64,000 nucleotides of DNA from Paraphysomonas bandaiensis (GCA_965644295.1 CBFFRP010000080.1:372001-436000), one strand, 5' to 3'; counted from the first letter of the stretch, positions 1 through 14,465 are shown. The notes: generated from the letters alone by a model not told the origin. A program made the numbers and translations.

Positions 1-3000
1 CCGGCTCCGCACACTCACAGCAGGTCAGATACTCCACGAGTTGGTCGTCCAAATCTGAAAGAGACATGTTAGTATTCAAGCGCTGGTTAAGCCATGGAAG
101 AGATACTAAATGCACACCAATTCCAAACAGGTCACTTTAATCATACCTTGATATTTGTGATTGATACGAGTTGGATCATTGGAATGAATCGAAGCAAAAC
201 AAGGAAAACAATATGGCACGGGCTGTCTGCGACCTCGCTTTTGAGGACTTTTTCCAGGAGGCTGACACTCAAAACATACTCGCATCGTTTTTCGTTCTTC
301 ACAGTTCACACAGACAGTGTTATCTCGTAAAAACGACGCAGTTGAAGCACCCACAACATTAAAAGCTGTGCCAGCAGAACCTAAATTGGAATGAAAAGCA
401 TTATTGGGTCAAACGCCGCAGCAAGCACCACAGTAACTGTACATCGAGAACAGAAACAATGCAGTATATAGGCCACACAGAGCACTCCATATATGCACAT
501 ACCCGCGCTCAATTGTCCCTCCTCCATGGTATCGAGATGTGGCCAAGCTTGGATCAAAGCGTCTGATCGTAGGTCACGTACTAGAGGTCGATACGGTTCC
601 AGCGGCTCTTCGTAGGTAGACACACCAACTGCACGGTTGTAGTAGTACAGACACTTGTCCCGGTCATTCCACAGCTGTTCCCAATCGGAGTTCTGCTGGA
701 CGCGGAGATTGGCAGCCTTTATGCGGGCTGACATGCGTCGCACAAAACTTTGCACAAGAATGCACGCCTGAATGCAAAAACAGTTTTAAAATATGCGCAC
801 ATTGAATTGTACATATTTTCAGAACAATATGCAATCCATTCTACATATGTCGAGACCAAATTAACTAAGAAATATGCTGCTATCATACTAAATGACGGAG
901 TTTCACCTTAAGACGAAGTGCTGAGATGCGCAAATATCGAAGCCTCTTGCCGATTCCTCTCACTCGCTTCTGGACCAAAAATGTCGCATCTTCAACTTGC
1001 TGTATGTAGGCCATCACGTCCCGACGTAGTATCAGACATGCTTTAGCTTCTGGTCCCCTAATAATTTGTACATGCGCATAAAACGTCGACATAAGTATTG
1101 AAGACACCATGCATTTCAAGTCAAAATAAAACTTACGTTATTCGTTCCCGGGGTCTCTCTGAGTTTTCATACTCGTGATCAACACCAACAATCAAATTAT
1201 CCGCTCGCTGTAAAGCATCTACCAAAACTTTGCGAATAATATTTATCTTTAGAGCGCGACATATAGCTATTAGACGACGGGTTGCGCCTTTTAAAATCAT
1301 GTATGCCTCACGTTCTTCCACATATGTACTCGTCGTCGGCTTGTCCACAATCAAATCCACGTTTTGCTGACAGCAAAGACACGTCAACAAAAATGTAATC
1401 CAACATAAACAGCACAATAAGAAATCATGAAAAAACATGCAACACAAGTAGGGTCAATTACATACAGCTTCAACGAAGTACCTGTGCAAGGGCGGGCTTT
1501 CCCGGATATCTATCTAAGAAAGAGTCAAACTGCATCTTTGTAATCGGAAAATTTGATTCCAGCATTCCAGCAGAAATATTTTGAATTCTTGAAACACTGT
1601 TGCGATAAGCTCTATTCAGCCGCTGCTTAATTGCTTGCTCAGATGCCAATATACACTCTTTAATTGTTCGGGGATCATCTGGTCCAGTGAAGTAGTTGAT
1701 CAACGTAACTGCTTGAGTTCGTTTATCCACAGGGGTATTCTTCCACCATTCTTGCAGCTTCGTAAAGTCCCTGACATCCCCATGACGGGTAATCCCAATA
1801 TTCACAAACTTATCCTTCGTAAAATGCATAACGTCTTCGAATGTGTACTCTTTGGATGCAGAAGGCTTGGAGTGGAAGTAGTTTGAGACTGCCTCAGCGA
1901 CTTCAACGTATCCAGTTCGATGCAACATTTGCACAATCGACACACCTGAATGACACCCCATGAGCCAATCATAACATTAAACATTAGGAAAGGAATATCT
2001 ACGCAAACAAACGGTAAACAAATACTACAGAAAATAACTACAGCACGCAGGGCCGGAACACCCAAAATTGATAGTCCACACCTTCTAAACCTTCACCAAT
2101 ATAAGCCACTTGTTGGTAGCGAATAATTGCACTGGCGACAACGGTTCCTATTGAGTCTTGCATAAGTAATTTTCGCATAAACTTCTTGGCCTTGTAGACA
2201 GCCCACACGGACTGTATTTTCATGGCATGGAAGTGATCCCCGGGGCTGTACAAGGGAGGTACTCGCATCGTCTCCCCCGTAACTTGATTGTGGTATGTCG
2301 TTTCTTCTGCTCCCTTTGACCCTTCTTTAACTTCGTACCACCCGTATCTCAACGCCACCTTAGTGTAATACACCCTGCAGAACCCACTGTATTGTAACTG
2401 ACGCAGCGGCTCCGCAGCATGGATCATCCCTCGTATAGCTTGACCAGGAATAGAGTTTCGGCTATCTGGGAGTCGTAGTGCACTCTTCCAATTGTCCTTG
2501 AATTGCTCTTCGTAGTGCTATAAATTTTAATAATATTAATTCCCATGTACGTAAAAACTATTTCATATACAACAAATGCAAAGTATTAACTTCGCGACTT
2601 ACAAATGAATGATAGCGGCCATGGTACAATGCATAAGACAGTGGAAAATGTAAACAAAAACGTACCAGTGCCAACTGTCCTTTTTCCAAAAGTCTGGCTT
2701 TACGAAGGTTCGCATAATGTGCTGCTCGTTCTTCTCGCTTGGCATAGAAATGCATCAACCGATTCCTCTCCTTGAAAAATGCTTTTATTCCTTTCGGAGA
2801 TGGCCGAATTAAATTTCTCGGGACCCGAACTTCTTTTTCACCATCATCATAACGAATCGTGTACTCATACTCATTCGTTACAGGAGACAGCTGAATAGCA
2901 ACTATCGTTCCGCGATAAAAGCAAGCATCACCCTTATATCGCGCCTCTATTAAGCTTCCAACATCGTAATTCATTTTGAATAAACGATTAGGACTAACAT

Positions 3001-6000
3001 TTTTAACTATTGCCCCTGTTACGAGCCGAACGTCATACTTAAGTTTCGTTTTTGATAGTTTGAGTATGATAACAGTTTTATACTCGTCTTCTGTGGATTC
3101 CATTTTGAGTAGCACCCACTCATGAGGGTGAAACACATCAGTATCCATAAACTTATACTTAAAAGGAAGAAACGACTCTGGCGATGTATCTTCCACCGAT
3201 TCTTCCGCTTCCACATTACGTATGGAAGAAATTAACCGCTTCGTTATGCCTACAGTTACAGTGACGGCTCTTTGTGTTCGCCCAAACTCCTCCACCATTA
3301 ACTTTTCGTGGTTGGCCAAAGCTTCTAGTCTGGCTGCTTCGCGCTCGCGCTTACGCTGATAAACTTTTACCAGCCATCGTTGCACTGTCCACTGTATCCG
3401 CGTGGCCGCGTTCCATTCTTCAGCAGTATATTGTGGCATCTCGTATGTACTCTCTTCGTTGGTGATAGAATTCGTCCAATAGGCATACCCTGAAGGGTCA
3501 AGCTCCTCTTGCCATCCATATCTAGGGATCCATTCAAGTGTCATTCTGATAACTTCCAAGCGTTCATGCCGAGCAGCATGTATGGCATCTAACTTCCATT
3601 GAATTTGTTCAATACGCCGTAACTTCAACCACGTTTTGTGCACATGGTTCGTTGTTCTCATGTCAGTATATTCATCAGTTTTGTCACTCAAAAATTGAGC
3701 CACTCTCTCTCTCTTGAACTTCATAACTAACTCTCTATTGTACCACAGATTCTTTATACTAGTTACTGCACTGTCTCCTTGAGTAAGCTTTTCGAGTGCA
3801 TTGAAATATAGCTTACAAATACCGACATTTAATTCCAGGTCAATATCATCCATAGAACCGTAGAAAGGCCGCTCGACAGACTCTGCTACTGTCGCCACCT
3901 TGTCAGTTCCCTCGTTTATAATAATTTCATCGTCTGGCAACTGTGGCTTTGATGGACTTTTACGGGAATTTTTTCGTCCTTTCTTAGCCATTGCAGCTTT
4001 GAATGCTTCCTCGGCTTTTTTCTTCTCTTCGCGTTCTTTAGCCTGACAAATAGTAGTCAGAAATTCACTATACTCGTAATACGCAAGAATATTGCAATTT
4101 ATTTACAACTGCAAATTACATATTTATAACTACAATATACCTTTGCCACCACAAACAAAAAGCGGCGTTTATAGTTCGAAACTTCTACTGCCGCTGCAGT
4201 GATTAGGTCTCGTAGATAGCCCTCTGGAAGGAGAAGTGAGAGCTTCTCGACCGCCATCTGCAAGCATTCAGCACAAGCCTTCAGACGGTCTAAATCCCAC
4301 TGTTTCTCTGCAATAGCGTCCTTGGTCAAAACGTCAGGAGGTGAACTCATTTCCTCAATAAGCGCCCGAACTTCAGAAGGAACTTTCGGTACGACTAACG
4401 CTCTAGTTACCTGCAGTATTACAACAAATCAGCACCTTTGGACTACTGTATGGCGGAAAACACACACAAGGAATATATTCTTCAAAATGTACTAAACCCG
4501 GCAGTTCTTTACAAAATACACCACACAGCAATATCAACGTACTTGAGATTTCGTAAGGACGTATCCCACACTCTTATAATTGCTATACTGATGCCATGCT
4601 TTGGAGGCTAAAGACTTCGCCAAATTTTCTGCACGGGTGGAGAATGCAGCACCGAATCGTTTAACAAAATTAACAGTCACAAACTTTTCAAAGTTTTCCT
4701 GAGAAATAATTTCTTGTACTGCGAACAAATCCTACATAAATCACGTATATTAGTATGACATTTGTGTAAACCGCTGAAAATCACACCAGTATTGCCTCCC
4801 TTCCTTTGGCATTTCTTGGAGGAATGGATGGCCATAAGTGACTCATAATCTCTTGGAAAGCAGCTTTGGGTGGCTTACTCTTGGCACGTACTGCTCTACT
4901 CGTCACGTTGGTGTCCTTGTTGGCACTTTTCTCTTCCTTTTTCATCCATCTCGTGTACAGTGTGGTTAATTTGTCAACATTCAACTGCCTTAAGTCTGCA
5001 GCATACTTGTATTGCTTTGTCGGAAACATAGGAAGTAAATCCGACATACCAAGTCGACGTAAAAACGCCGAGGTCAATAATCCAGCACGAGGATCACGGA
5101 CATGATAGTACTTGCACACATCCACTCGCAACCGCACTAACACATCATGAGCTGACTGACATTCGCGGTACGGATTGGAGTCAAGGCGCTTCAAAGCCAT
5201 TACTTCCTGTACTGCTTTCACAAAAGCCCCTGATCGACGCCAGAAACGTTGAAGCTTAATCACAGATATACCCATTTCTCGGGCCTTTACTTTCGCATGA
5301 CGGATCGCCATGCGTACTAAGTACCCTCGGGCCCGACACTGCACACGCCGAATGTACATGTTATGTTCCGCAACTACCAGGCGAGTAACGTTCATTAATC
5401 CGCGACCAATTATATTCCCTACGACCTTTCGAACCATACCAGTTGCCTCATCACGAAATTTCTTGTGCCACATTAATCTCGCAATGAAAAATTTCATCGG
5501 ACGTTGAATAATGAATGCCGCACGATGCCGAACCACAAAACGTCTAGCTGTGAATCCATGACAGAGCGACTGAATTCTTTCCGCTGCTTTGTATTCAATC
5601 GCCCACCGCTCAGCATCTTCCTTATCATCCAGCCACTTCGCACGTAGATACATATGACGAATAAAACGGCCGCTCTTGCAAAACCACCACGCACGCGCAA
5701 TGATTCGAGAGCATCTAGCAAAAGTAATCAGATGGGCTATCACACTTCGATAGTATGTAGATGTTACCTGTGCTTATACTTCATCATCCCCCTGGCCCAA
5801 TGATGCAATTTTCTGGACGCCCATTTGATACGGCGTAGACGAGACACAGATTTAAGACCACGTGTGCCGCGGAACCAACACTGAAGTTTAATAAGCGAAG
5901 ATATAATCCGCTTATTGTAGTGAACACGATACACGCGTTGTATCTTCCGAGAGCTATAGTAACGAGCCATATCGTCTGCCATCTGTTCGAGTTTATCGTC

Positions 6001-8958
6001 CTCAATATCCATCATACGGTAGGCACACATCAACACAAACGTGTGATAAGCTCCAGTATGCCGGTACCAGTTTCGCTGCATTACGAGGGCCGCCCATTGA
6101 CGTCTCGCAATATGATGGCGGATGGCTTTGCACTGCAAATAAAATAATTAGTGAATATAAGAGGAAACATGTAAGAAGTGCAACGCGTATATGCCTATGC
6201 CAGACTTAAGAGATATGATGTTACCAAAGTATTCCACAGCAGTGTACACAAAAACGACACCAACCTTCTTTTTGGCAAGGTAAATGCGCCATTGACACTG
6301 GATTTTAATAACAGGTTCCATTGGTTCCTCAACTGACTGCCACAGGCAATTCAGTAGGCGGTGTTTCAACAGAATACATAAATATCTACGGATATACTTC
6401 TGTGCAATAATTGTATAAAACTTGAGTTTCTTAAACCAATTCCGTTTTATAGTTCGCCTTGCCCAGGACTGACATTTAATCGTAGTTGCCTTGAGACGTC
6501 GATATTGTACCCACTTAGGATACATCCTTACAATACTCTGGAGTAGAAGCACTCGCCTTAACTGAACAAGATAATCTTTCTGTATAAAGAATCTTCGCCA
6601 TTGCGTTTGAATTAAAATCGCCGCTTGCCAAAGCATGCGCCTTGTCGATCGTATAATCCGTGGAATAAAATATAACACCAGACGATGCGGGCCCAAGTAT
6701 ATGTCACTCAAGGGGCCATTATATGGGCCTGCAAGATGAAGCTGGATGAATTTCTTCCTATCTCTCCACCATCTATATAAACATTGTATGGGTAACGCTG
6801 CTCTCTCTCTCTCTAGAAATATGCTTTTGGAAACAATCTCCCGCCACTTCGTAAACCACAGATTAATTTGTTTGGTTTTACGATCCTGTAGCCACCCTTG
6901 AATCAAGTGCACTGACGCTATTTTCGCGTACTTCGGCCTGCGAGCAACAGTTTCTTGTTGCAGCAAAATAATTTTCCAAATTCCCATTGCAAGGGCTAAA
7001 TAATTCAATCTCTTGACACGACAAAAAGCTTTCATTGCTTTTTGAAAAACTTCCCTCGATCGGGCATTACCACGGTCTACCACAAGTAGATATCGCGGAG
7101 GTAGAGAAGAGTACTGAATTTTTACAGTGTCTAGCATCAAAGCCTTCATGGCTTGAATAGATTTCAAGTGGGTATTCTTTTCGGATTGAAGATTCTGTTG
7201 CATTTCATTCTGCAATTTTTGAATAACAGAAGCATTGACTGCTTCGACCCCATCCCCAGAAGATATCTCCTCAAGGGTTCTAAAGTTATTCTATTACCAC
7301 AGGAATAGCAGCACAACCTAGATTTTACATACCTTCTGAGAAGAATTTTATTTTTATTTTGTATTTGTAACTCTTCTCTCAGAAGCTGCTTCAATGTGTT
7401 TTTAGTAATAATAATCGATCGGGCTCCTTCCATCGCCATCTGCTGTTGTGTCTGCTGCTTTTGCTGCACTGCAACCGCTTCTCGCAGCACAGCTGCCTTG
7501 CTAGGAGACATCACAGAAGGAGGGGGAGTCGGGGCTCCACCTACAGAGTGTGGAGCAACACTAGGGCTTTTATGGAGCGGAGCGTTGTCCACCACTCTTC
7601 CAGCGGCTGAGCTGGATATAGTGTGCATCAGCACCTTCCCATTCCTGGTGTGCTGCGCCCATTGCGGTAAATTCATACCGAGCAGGGGTGTCCACAAAAG
7701 CACGGCCTCCTTGACTGCATCTTTATACATATTTGCATCTACGAGTACATCGCTGCTTTTACCAAACTTAGCGCGCTTTGATTTTTTCGGGTCAAACGGA
7801 ACAACTAGGTCGCTAACATATGACAACATCGCTTGCATGCGTTGATAGTCCTCAGCAATTTTGTCAGCCTGTTGCTGCATATGACCTCGCGCGCGAGGGA
7901 GGGGTGCGAGGTTACTACTTAGTCCTGCATTCGACAATGTGTCAGTGCAACCTAGTAGATTGGTGTACACAAATACTATACTAGAAAACAAAAACAAAAC
8001 TGCACCGTGACACACGCATCGCATTACAACTTTCACAATATCATTGTATCTTATATATCACATACTCATTTATTCTGTATATAAAGAAAAACAAATGCAG
8101 TGTCTGTGCCTTACCTGGTCCAGTCTGTGGCACCCATATACGAGATTTTTGATATCCAAGTCGCTTATCCATCTCATACATATTGTAGGGATTTACGCCA
8201 GGTACTAGTCGCTCAGGTTTCGCTTTGCTCCCCGTTAATACTGACTGACGGGGTTTAAGGAATTTCTGACGGGTGAGGGACCGATGGGGTGGTTTCGTCA
8301 GTGCATTGGCAAGAATTCCAGCATGCTTTACTGGGGCAGTTTTACTGAGTAATGTAATATGGGAAGAAGTAGAAGATGTAGAGGTGACACTTGTTACACT
8401 ACTTTTACTTCCATAAGAATTTACTGTGTTGTCATCAGTACAAGTGGAGTCTGTGCTTTTGGCAGGAAGCTCATCCTTTTCGTTCGTCTCATCCTTGGGC
8501 ACATCAGTATTGATCACACCAGTGGATTGTGAACGCACAAGAACTGTGTTAGTGGTGCTGTCATCTTTACTGTGGTACACTTTACTATCTTCCCTTCGAG
8601 TAGAGGCTGACGCAGTGTTAGTCGAGTACGTTACAGCATTGTCATCGGTTCCACGAGAGGCAGGTGAAACGCCAGCAAACAACGATTTGGAATCCAATAT
8701 TTTCGCCAACATAAGGAAGCATTCAGTGCGAACAAGCTGGCGCTTTCTTAAATCGGGAAGGCGGTCTTCACGATTGAGTATTAGCATGATGCTGTCCAAA
8801 ACCAGTTGGTTAATTTTCATTCGGTCGACAACACTGGGTATCCTATCAGCCTCCACATACGACTGAATAAAGCGTAACGCATTCAGTCGAGCATCTAGAG
8901 GAGAAGAAGGTGTTTCCAAGATGAAAACAGCGTCTGGGAGAGTCTGGGGTATGTTCAT
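1..8958 (-). CDS. Very large multi-exon scaffold protein with many IQ motifs, WW domains, a Tudor-like domain, SAM-like segments and C-terminal B-box-like zinc fingers; C-terminus runs off the left edge
   Basis: Chained minus-strand ORFs joined by GT-AG introns. IQ motifs (LIQTQWRRF, KIQCQWRIY, RIQSLCHGF), WW motifs (YGWQEELDPSGYAYWTNSITNEESTYEMP; DWEQLWNDRDKCLYYYNRAVGVSTYEEP), Tudor-like (GSLIEARYKGDACFYRGTI...YTIRYDDGEKE), B-box-like Cys/His (CVNCEERKTMRVCFEC...YCFPCFASIH). Exon boundaries were not all verified, so it could be two genes. Confidence 0.7.
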
Positions 8959-9497
8959 TTCAGACGTCTATCAATCACAACGCAGTAACAAAGATATAAA
9001 GAGCAAGCACCTCTGTCATCATCAACCCACAGCACTTTAATGCTACAATGACTGGTCTAATACCGCACCATAGAGGGGCATCTTACTCGAGTCGCATATG
9101 AATCTAATCGACTATATTCAAGTCGTATTCGAAATGCTTCGATCTCATCTTACGAGGTCCGCAGACACATACATATACATACATAGACATGTATAGTCGA
9201 TACGAGTATAACATACACGGTATACTCCTTGCTAGAGCACTGTATTTTGGGGTCGTTTCATACAGACACACATAACATATTGCTGTATGCTGTACAGTCC
9301 TACGTATTTGTATATTATGTATATGTACTCCTGCATGTAGTCTGTCCTGCATGTAGTCTGTTACCACGTACGTACCGTGTATATCTTGTAGCTGCATGTC
9401 ATATGCATCGGCTACATGCAACACGCCATATACAAGAGCAAACAACATACCTGTACCGTTGCATACACAACCCCACATTCTACTACCTATTAAATAG

Positions 9498-12400
9498 ATG
9501 CTTCGAAATTATGCCCGTGCAGCACGTCAGTGTGGCGGACTGAGTCGCCCGCTATCGTCACTAGTAACGGGGGCTCACACCAGTGATGGAGAGGGCACAT
9601 ATACACGCACTGCGCTAGCCAAGTTCGCTGCAGCTATTCCTGTAGTGGCATTTGTGTTATTTAACGAATTGCAGGGCAAAAAATCTGAAAACTGTGGGAT
9701 TGTAGGTCGGTGTTACTGCTGCTGTGAGACAAGATTAACTATAACTATTAACTCTATGGGCGGCAGGCATTGTTGGCTCTGATGACGCTAGTTCGTTTCT
9801 TTTAGACGGTCTAAAGGTGCTTCGAAATCGTGGTTATGATTCTGCTGGTGTCGCGACTATTGATAGTCAAGGCTCCCAATTAGAAATAACGAAATTTGCG
9901 TCTCGTGCTTCTACTGCTGATAGCATTGATCTGCTTGCGTATGTGCTACACAATTTAAGTATATAAGAGATTTACCTGCGTTTTGTAGAGCCAATTCTTC
10001 CCATCATAAAGGACATTTTACTGGAATTGGACACACCCGCTGGGCCACGCATGGAGGAAAAACGGATAGTAATGCCCATCCCCATGCGGACTCGAAGGGG
10101 CGTATTGCGGTTGTACACAACGGAACGATTAATAACTCATATGAACTGAGGTAATAGCATAATTGTTGTATTTGTCTGTCCGTATTACCACGGAAATGCT
10201 TCTTAAAATCCTAGTTTTATTGCATTGACATGTTCGTTATATAGAAAGGATTTGATAGCTCAAGGGATAAAATTCGCGTCTGAAACTGATACAGAAGTGA
10301 TTGCCCAACTGATAGGACAATATTTAGACCAAGGAATGGATACTAAGGAATCTGTAAAACATGCTCTCAAAAAGTATGCAAGAAAATCATTTTTGTATCT
10401 CCGCCAGTTCACTATTATTCCGTGTTTTATCGTAATGTCGTAACCCGTAATTGTAGATGTGAGGGTACGTGGGGACTTGCAGTTATCAACAAATCTAAAC
10501 CGAAAGAAATTATAGTCGCTTGTAATGGTTCCCCGATGGTGATATTGCTTCATATGTTGCTGTACCTTGTTCAGTAATGGAGTCATGTGAATGTAGATGA
10601 TTGGCCTCAGTCAAGGCCGTACCTTTATTGCCTCAGAAACCTCAGCTTTCAGCAATTACACTAAGAATTTTATTGCTATGAAAGACGGTGAGATTGGGGT
10701 GGTGACGGAGGGAGAGTCCTCTCTGGACACGGCACGGGTAGAAGTTGCCCCAGAGAGTGATGTGCTCCTTTCTCCAGCACCGTACCCGCACTTCACAATC
10801 AAGGTAGTAAAGAAGCTATATTAGAATATAGATTCTGTTTCTGTACTCTATTTTTTGGGTACGTTGTGATATAGGGAGTTACTTAGTACATATTTACCAT
10901 AGTACATATTTACCATGAACTTTTTCATGTCTGTTAAAGCGTTGATATAAATTTATTTGTGCAGGAGTGTGTTGAGCAGCCACTCTCTATTGCCCGTGCG
11001 CTTGGTTATGGTGCTCGTATGAATGGCCAAACAGTAAGTGCATGTGTAGAGCTGATTATACTTGTAATACGTAGTGCATATATATCAAATTACTCTTGAA
11101 AGGCCTATATTAAGTGGTCGCAATGTAATTGGTGCTGTAGATTGTATTAGGTGGATTGGACATGAATAATCAACTTCTTGCTTCCACACGCAATGTCATA
11201 CTGACCGGTTGTGGCACTTCAAAGTTTGCGTCGGAATTTGGCGCCAAGTTAATGAGAGATTTAGACTGCTTTGATACTGTATTTACTGTTGACTCTGCAG
11301 AAGTATGGCTATCATATGCGCTCGTATCACAACACTACATGAATTGATATTTTGACAGTATGCTACTACAAATACCCTGTTGAGCTATATTTTGTTTCAG
11401 GTCAGAAGGAGTGATATTCCTAAATCAGACGGCTTGATGATGGCAATATCTCAATCCGGAGAGACCAAAGATGTTCACAGAGCTGTGAAAGTTGCAATGG
11501 AGACAGGAATGCCGTGTTTATCGGTAGTTAATACAGTGGGTTCTTTGATTGCAAGGACAACGGGAATGGGTGTATACCTGAACGCCGGACGAGAGCATGC
11601 AGTTGCCTCAACCAAGGCTTTTAGTTCTCAGGTATGGGATGCTCCCTTTATATAACATATTTGCCTTTGTATAACGCCCGTGAATAGTAGTAGCTACATG
11701 TTATTTACATTAGTTTCTGTGCGGGGCTGTTACTTTTTACATTTAAATTCAGTATATACATGTGTACGTAGCATCCATCCAGTCTGTAAGCTTGTATATC
11801 TATTCAGGTTACCGTTTTGGCATTGATTGCTCTCTGGTTCCGAGCGCAACGAGAAGAAACGATGGGGCTGAAGGAAAGTCGTTTAAAATCGGAACTCCTG
11901 GAGGCTCTACAACGGCTGCCAATATCATTTGGTATGGGTTTGCGGAGTCGACCTCAATGTAAAGCAATTGCAGAGGTAGAATAGTACTGTCTGCTGATAC
12001 TCACACATTGCAATATTTACTGCATGAAGTGTCTTATGAAGCTCTTGACTTACAGGAATTGGTAAATAAGCACCACTTATTCATCCTCGGTAAGGGGTAC
12101 GCAGAACCAATTGCTCATGAAGGTGCGTTGAAAATTAAAGAGCTCTGTTACTTGCATGCGGAAGGATTTAGTGGTGGGGCATTGAAGCACGGACCATTCG
12201 CTCTCATTGAAGGGGAAAGTGGGCCAGATGGACCAACCCCATTGATTGCTATTATATTGGATGATGATCATGCGAATTTAATGCGTACCGCTGCTGAAGA
12301 GGTAGCATTGTGGCAGTTCGTCTACGTTCCATCAGTGCTCTGATTACATGCATGTAGGTGAAAGCTCGTGGTGCAAAGGTGTATGTTATCACAGATAATC

Positions 12401-12642
12401 CTGTGTTAGCACAAGGCATTGATCCTAACCCTGTTATTATTCCTTCTAATGGACCTCTGACAGCCTTAATTGCTGTTTTACCTCTCCAGGTGAGAGCAAA
12501 GCTGTTAGTGATTTTGTGATGAGAATTTTAAATATATAATGTTGCGTATATCTTGTAGCTTATCGCCTACGAGTTGTCTGTCCTTAAAGGAATTGACCCC
12601 GATGTTCCTCGCAACTTGGCTAAAGCAGTTACCGTTGATTAA
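9498..12642 (+). CDS. GFAT: Glutamine:fructose-6-phosphate amidotransferase (GFAT/GlmS) with a 65-aa N-terminal extension; multi-exon
   Basis: CGIVG at 9693, [74 protein letters not shown], and C-terminal [11 protein letters not shown]-stop at 12640-12642. Confidence 0.96.
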
Positions 12643-13249
12643 ACTGCATTCATTTGAGTGTGCTCTTTGACTTGCGTGATTGAAAGAAAGTAAGGTTCCT
12701 GATTTTTTGTAACTGAATTCACATGGGTACGTTTCAAATTTCTATAAATCTACATTTCAAATTTAAAGAATAATTAAAGAATTACACAAAATGGTGTCTT
12801 GATAAGTTTGAGTGGTCTTAATGAGAATACCATTCTGAAAGGTTTCGTGATATCATTCGTTTACAACTCTAGTGCAGTGTACAGTGCTATCCATGACGAA
12901 TTTATGTGTCCATCTACACGTTGATCGCTCTATAAAAATTTAATGAAAGCGTTGTCGAAAACTACAAGAGTTTGAAATTAAGCACAACAGTTTCGATATT
13001 TTCTTTACAAAGGAGTATGGAGTTGATACTTCGAAATGAAGCAGTTAGAATCGTTGACAGAAATGTTGAGTTAAAAATGGTGTCCCCTATACTAATATGT
13101 AATATGTATGAAGGAATGAAATGCCGACTACAGCTTTAAAGAGGGCTGAATGTATATGACGAACCCAGTACATTATATTGCATTCATGAAACTATCTTTA
13201 TTGTCTACTCGTACTAGCGTAAGACGTTGAATCACTGGACAGGACCGTC

Positions 13250-14465
13250 GAAATTCGAAATGGCAAACGCAAGAAACGCTGCTGCTGCATTTGAAAGTCA
13301 CAGAACCACCAAGAAGTTACGACCACAGATTGGCACCCAGTATGAGGGCTACGTATCAATTAAAAGCTGATAAGAACAACGAAGAGGCTGCAATAGAGAT
13401 TTGTCCTGCAGGAAAAGGTGCTCCACATTTTCCGTGATTGATCGCTACTCTAGCTTCTATCTAATCATATGCAATCATTCGAGTTTGGTTCCGACGTGTT
13501 AAAAGTCTAATTGTAGAACTACCCACCTATACACAGAGTATATATATGTATATTATGTCCTGTATTATATATTTAAGTGTAGTACAATTACAGCAGTAAG
13601 GTTAACACCAACATGACCTCCACGACGTTTGTACATTGATTGACGAACCCTTCATAATGCACACGATTGTTGAGCGTCATCTGGGCGACAGTGCTGCTAT
13701 TATTCATAACGCTGCTTTCGAAAAGGCAGTCGTGAATATTCAATGTGGTAACGAAGCCGTAACTCGGACGGCAAAGGATCAAACTAAAATATATTTGTTC
13801 GATGAGGAAGAAGAAGATTATGACGGTGCGAGTCTAGCTCCGAATGACGACGCAGCGCAACGTTTGTTTGATGGTAGCAGGCAGCGGAAGCGAGCAAGAC
13901 TTAACCAGCAAACTCGTTTCCGATGAAACACTTATACCACAACCAATACGGTTGAGTGGTTGTTCAGTAGAGCTACGATTGTTATGACGGGGTTGCGCAA
14001 GAGCTTGACTCCTCAACATTTAGTGCTAATTATGTTTTTACGCATGAATCATTGCCCCTGGAAAATGAAAAGACAGTTGAGGTAGCTATATTCGCAACTA
14101 GTGTATTTTAGTACTAAATAATTGCAACAGTTGAAATTGAGACAGCAAGTAATAATTGCAATTATAATTGACTACAACCAGCGTCAATTAATTGATACAC
14201 AGTCCTGCCCAGTATCGATCGACCAGGCACATATTCAGTACTCAATACAACTAATGTTGTAGAGATTGAAGAGCGTTTGTTCAGCAGAGCCAAGAATATC
14301 ACGATACACTTGCGACAAGAAATGGCCCCACGACGCCTTGAAATGCTGCTTTTTCTTCGCTTCAACAAGCACTTGTGGACCGCAAAGATAGTGGAACAAG
14401 TCATCGACGATGGTCCGTCCGATGATGACGAGAATGAGGACAACAGTGACGAAGAGTTGGAGTAA
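13250..14465 (+). mobile_element. Degraded hAT-type transposase C-terminal remnant, interrupted by a younger hAT element
   Basis: Removing 13344-14207 plus one TSD copy restores ...KKLRPQIGTQY|RSTRHIF..., followed after a frameshift by ERLFSRAKNITIHLRQEMAPRRLEMLLFLRFNKHLW (hAT dimerisation-domain signature). Outer ends not found; left coordinate approximate. Confidence 0.7.
13344..14207 (+). mobile_element. Non-autonomous hAT element (family A) carrying a transposase C-terminal remnant
   Basis: Perfect 8-bp TSD CCCAGTAT at 13336-13343 and 14208-14215. Imperfect TIRs gAGGGCTaCGTATCAATTA ... TAATTGATACACAGTCCTG. Internal peptide TNTVEWLFSRATIVMTGLRKSLTPQHLVLIMFLRMN. Confidence 0.85.
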
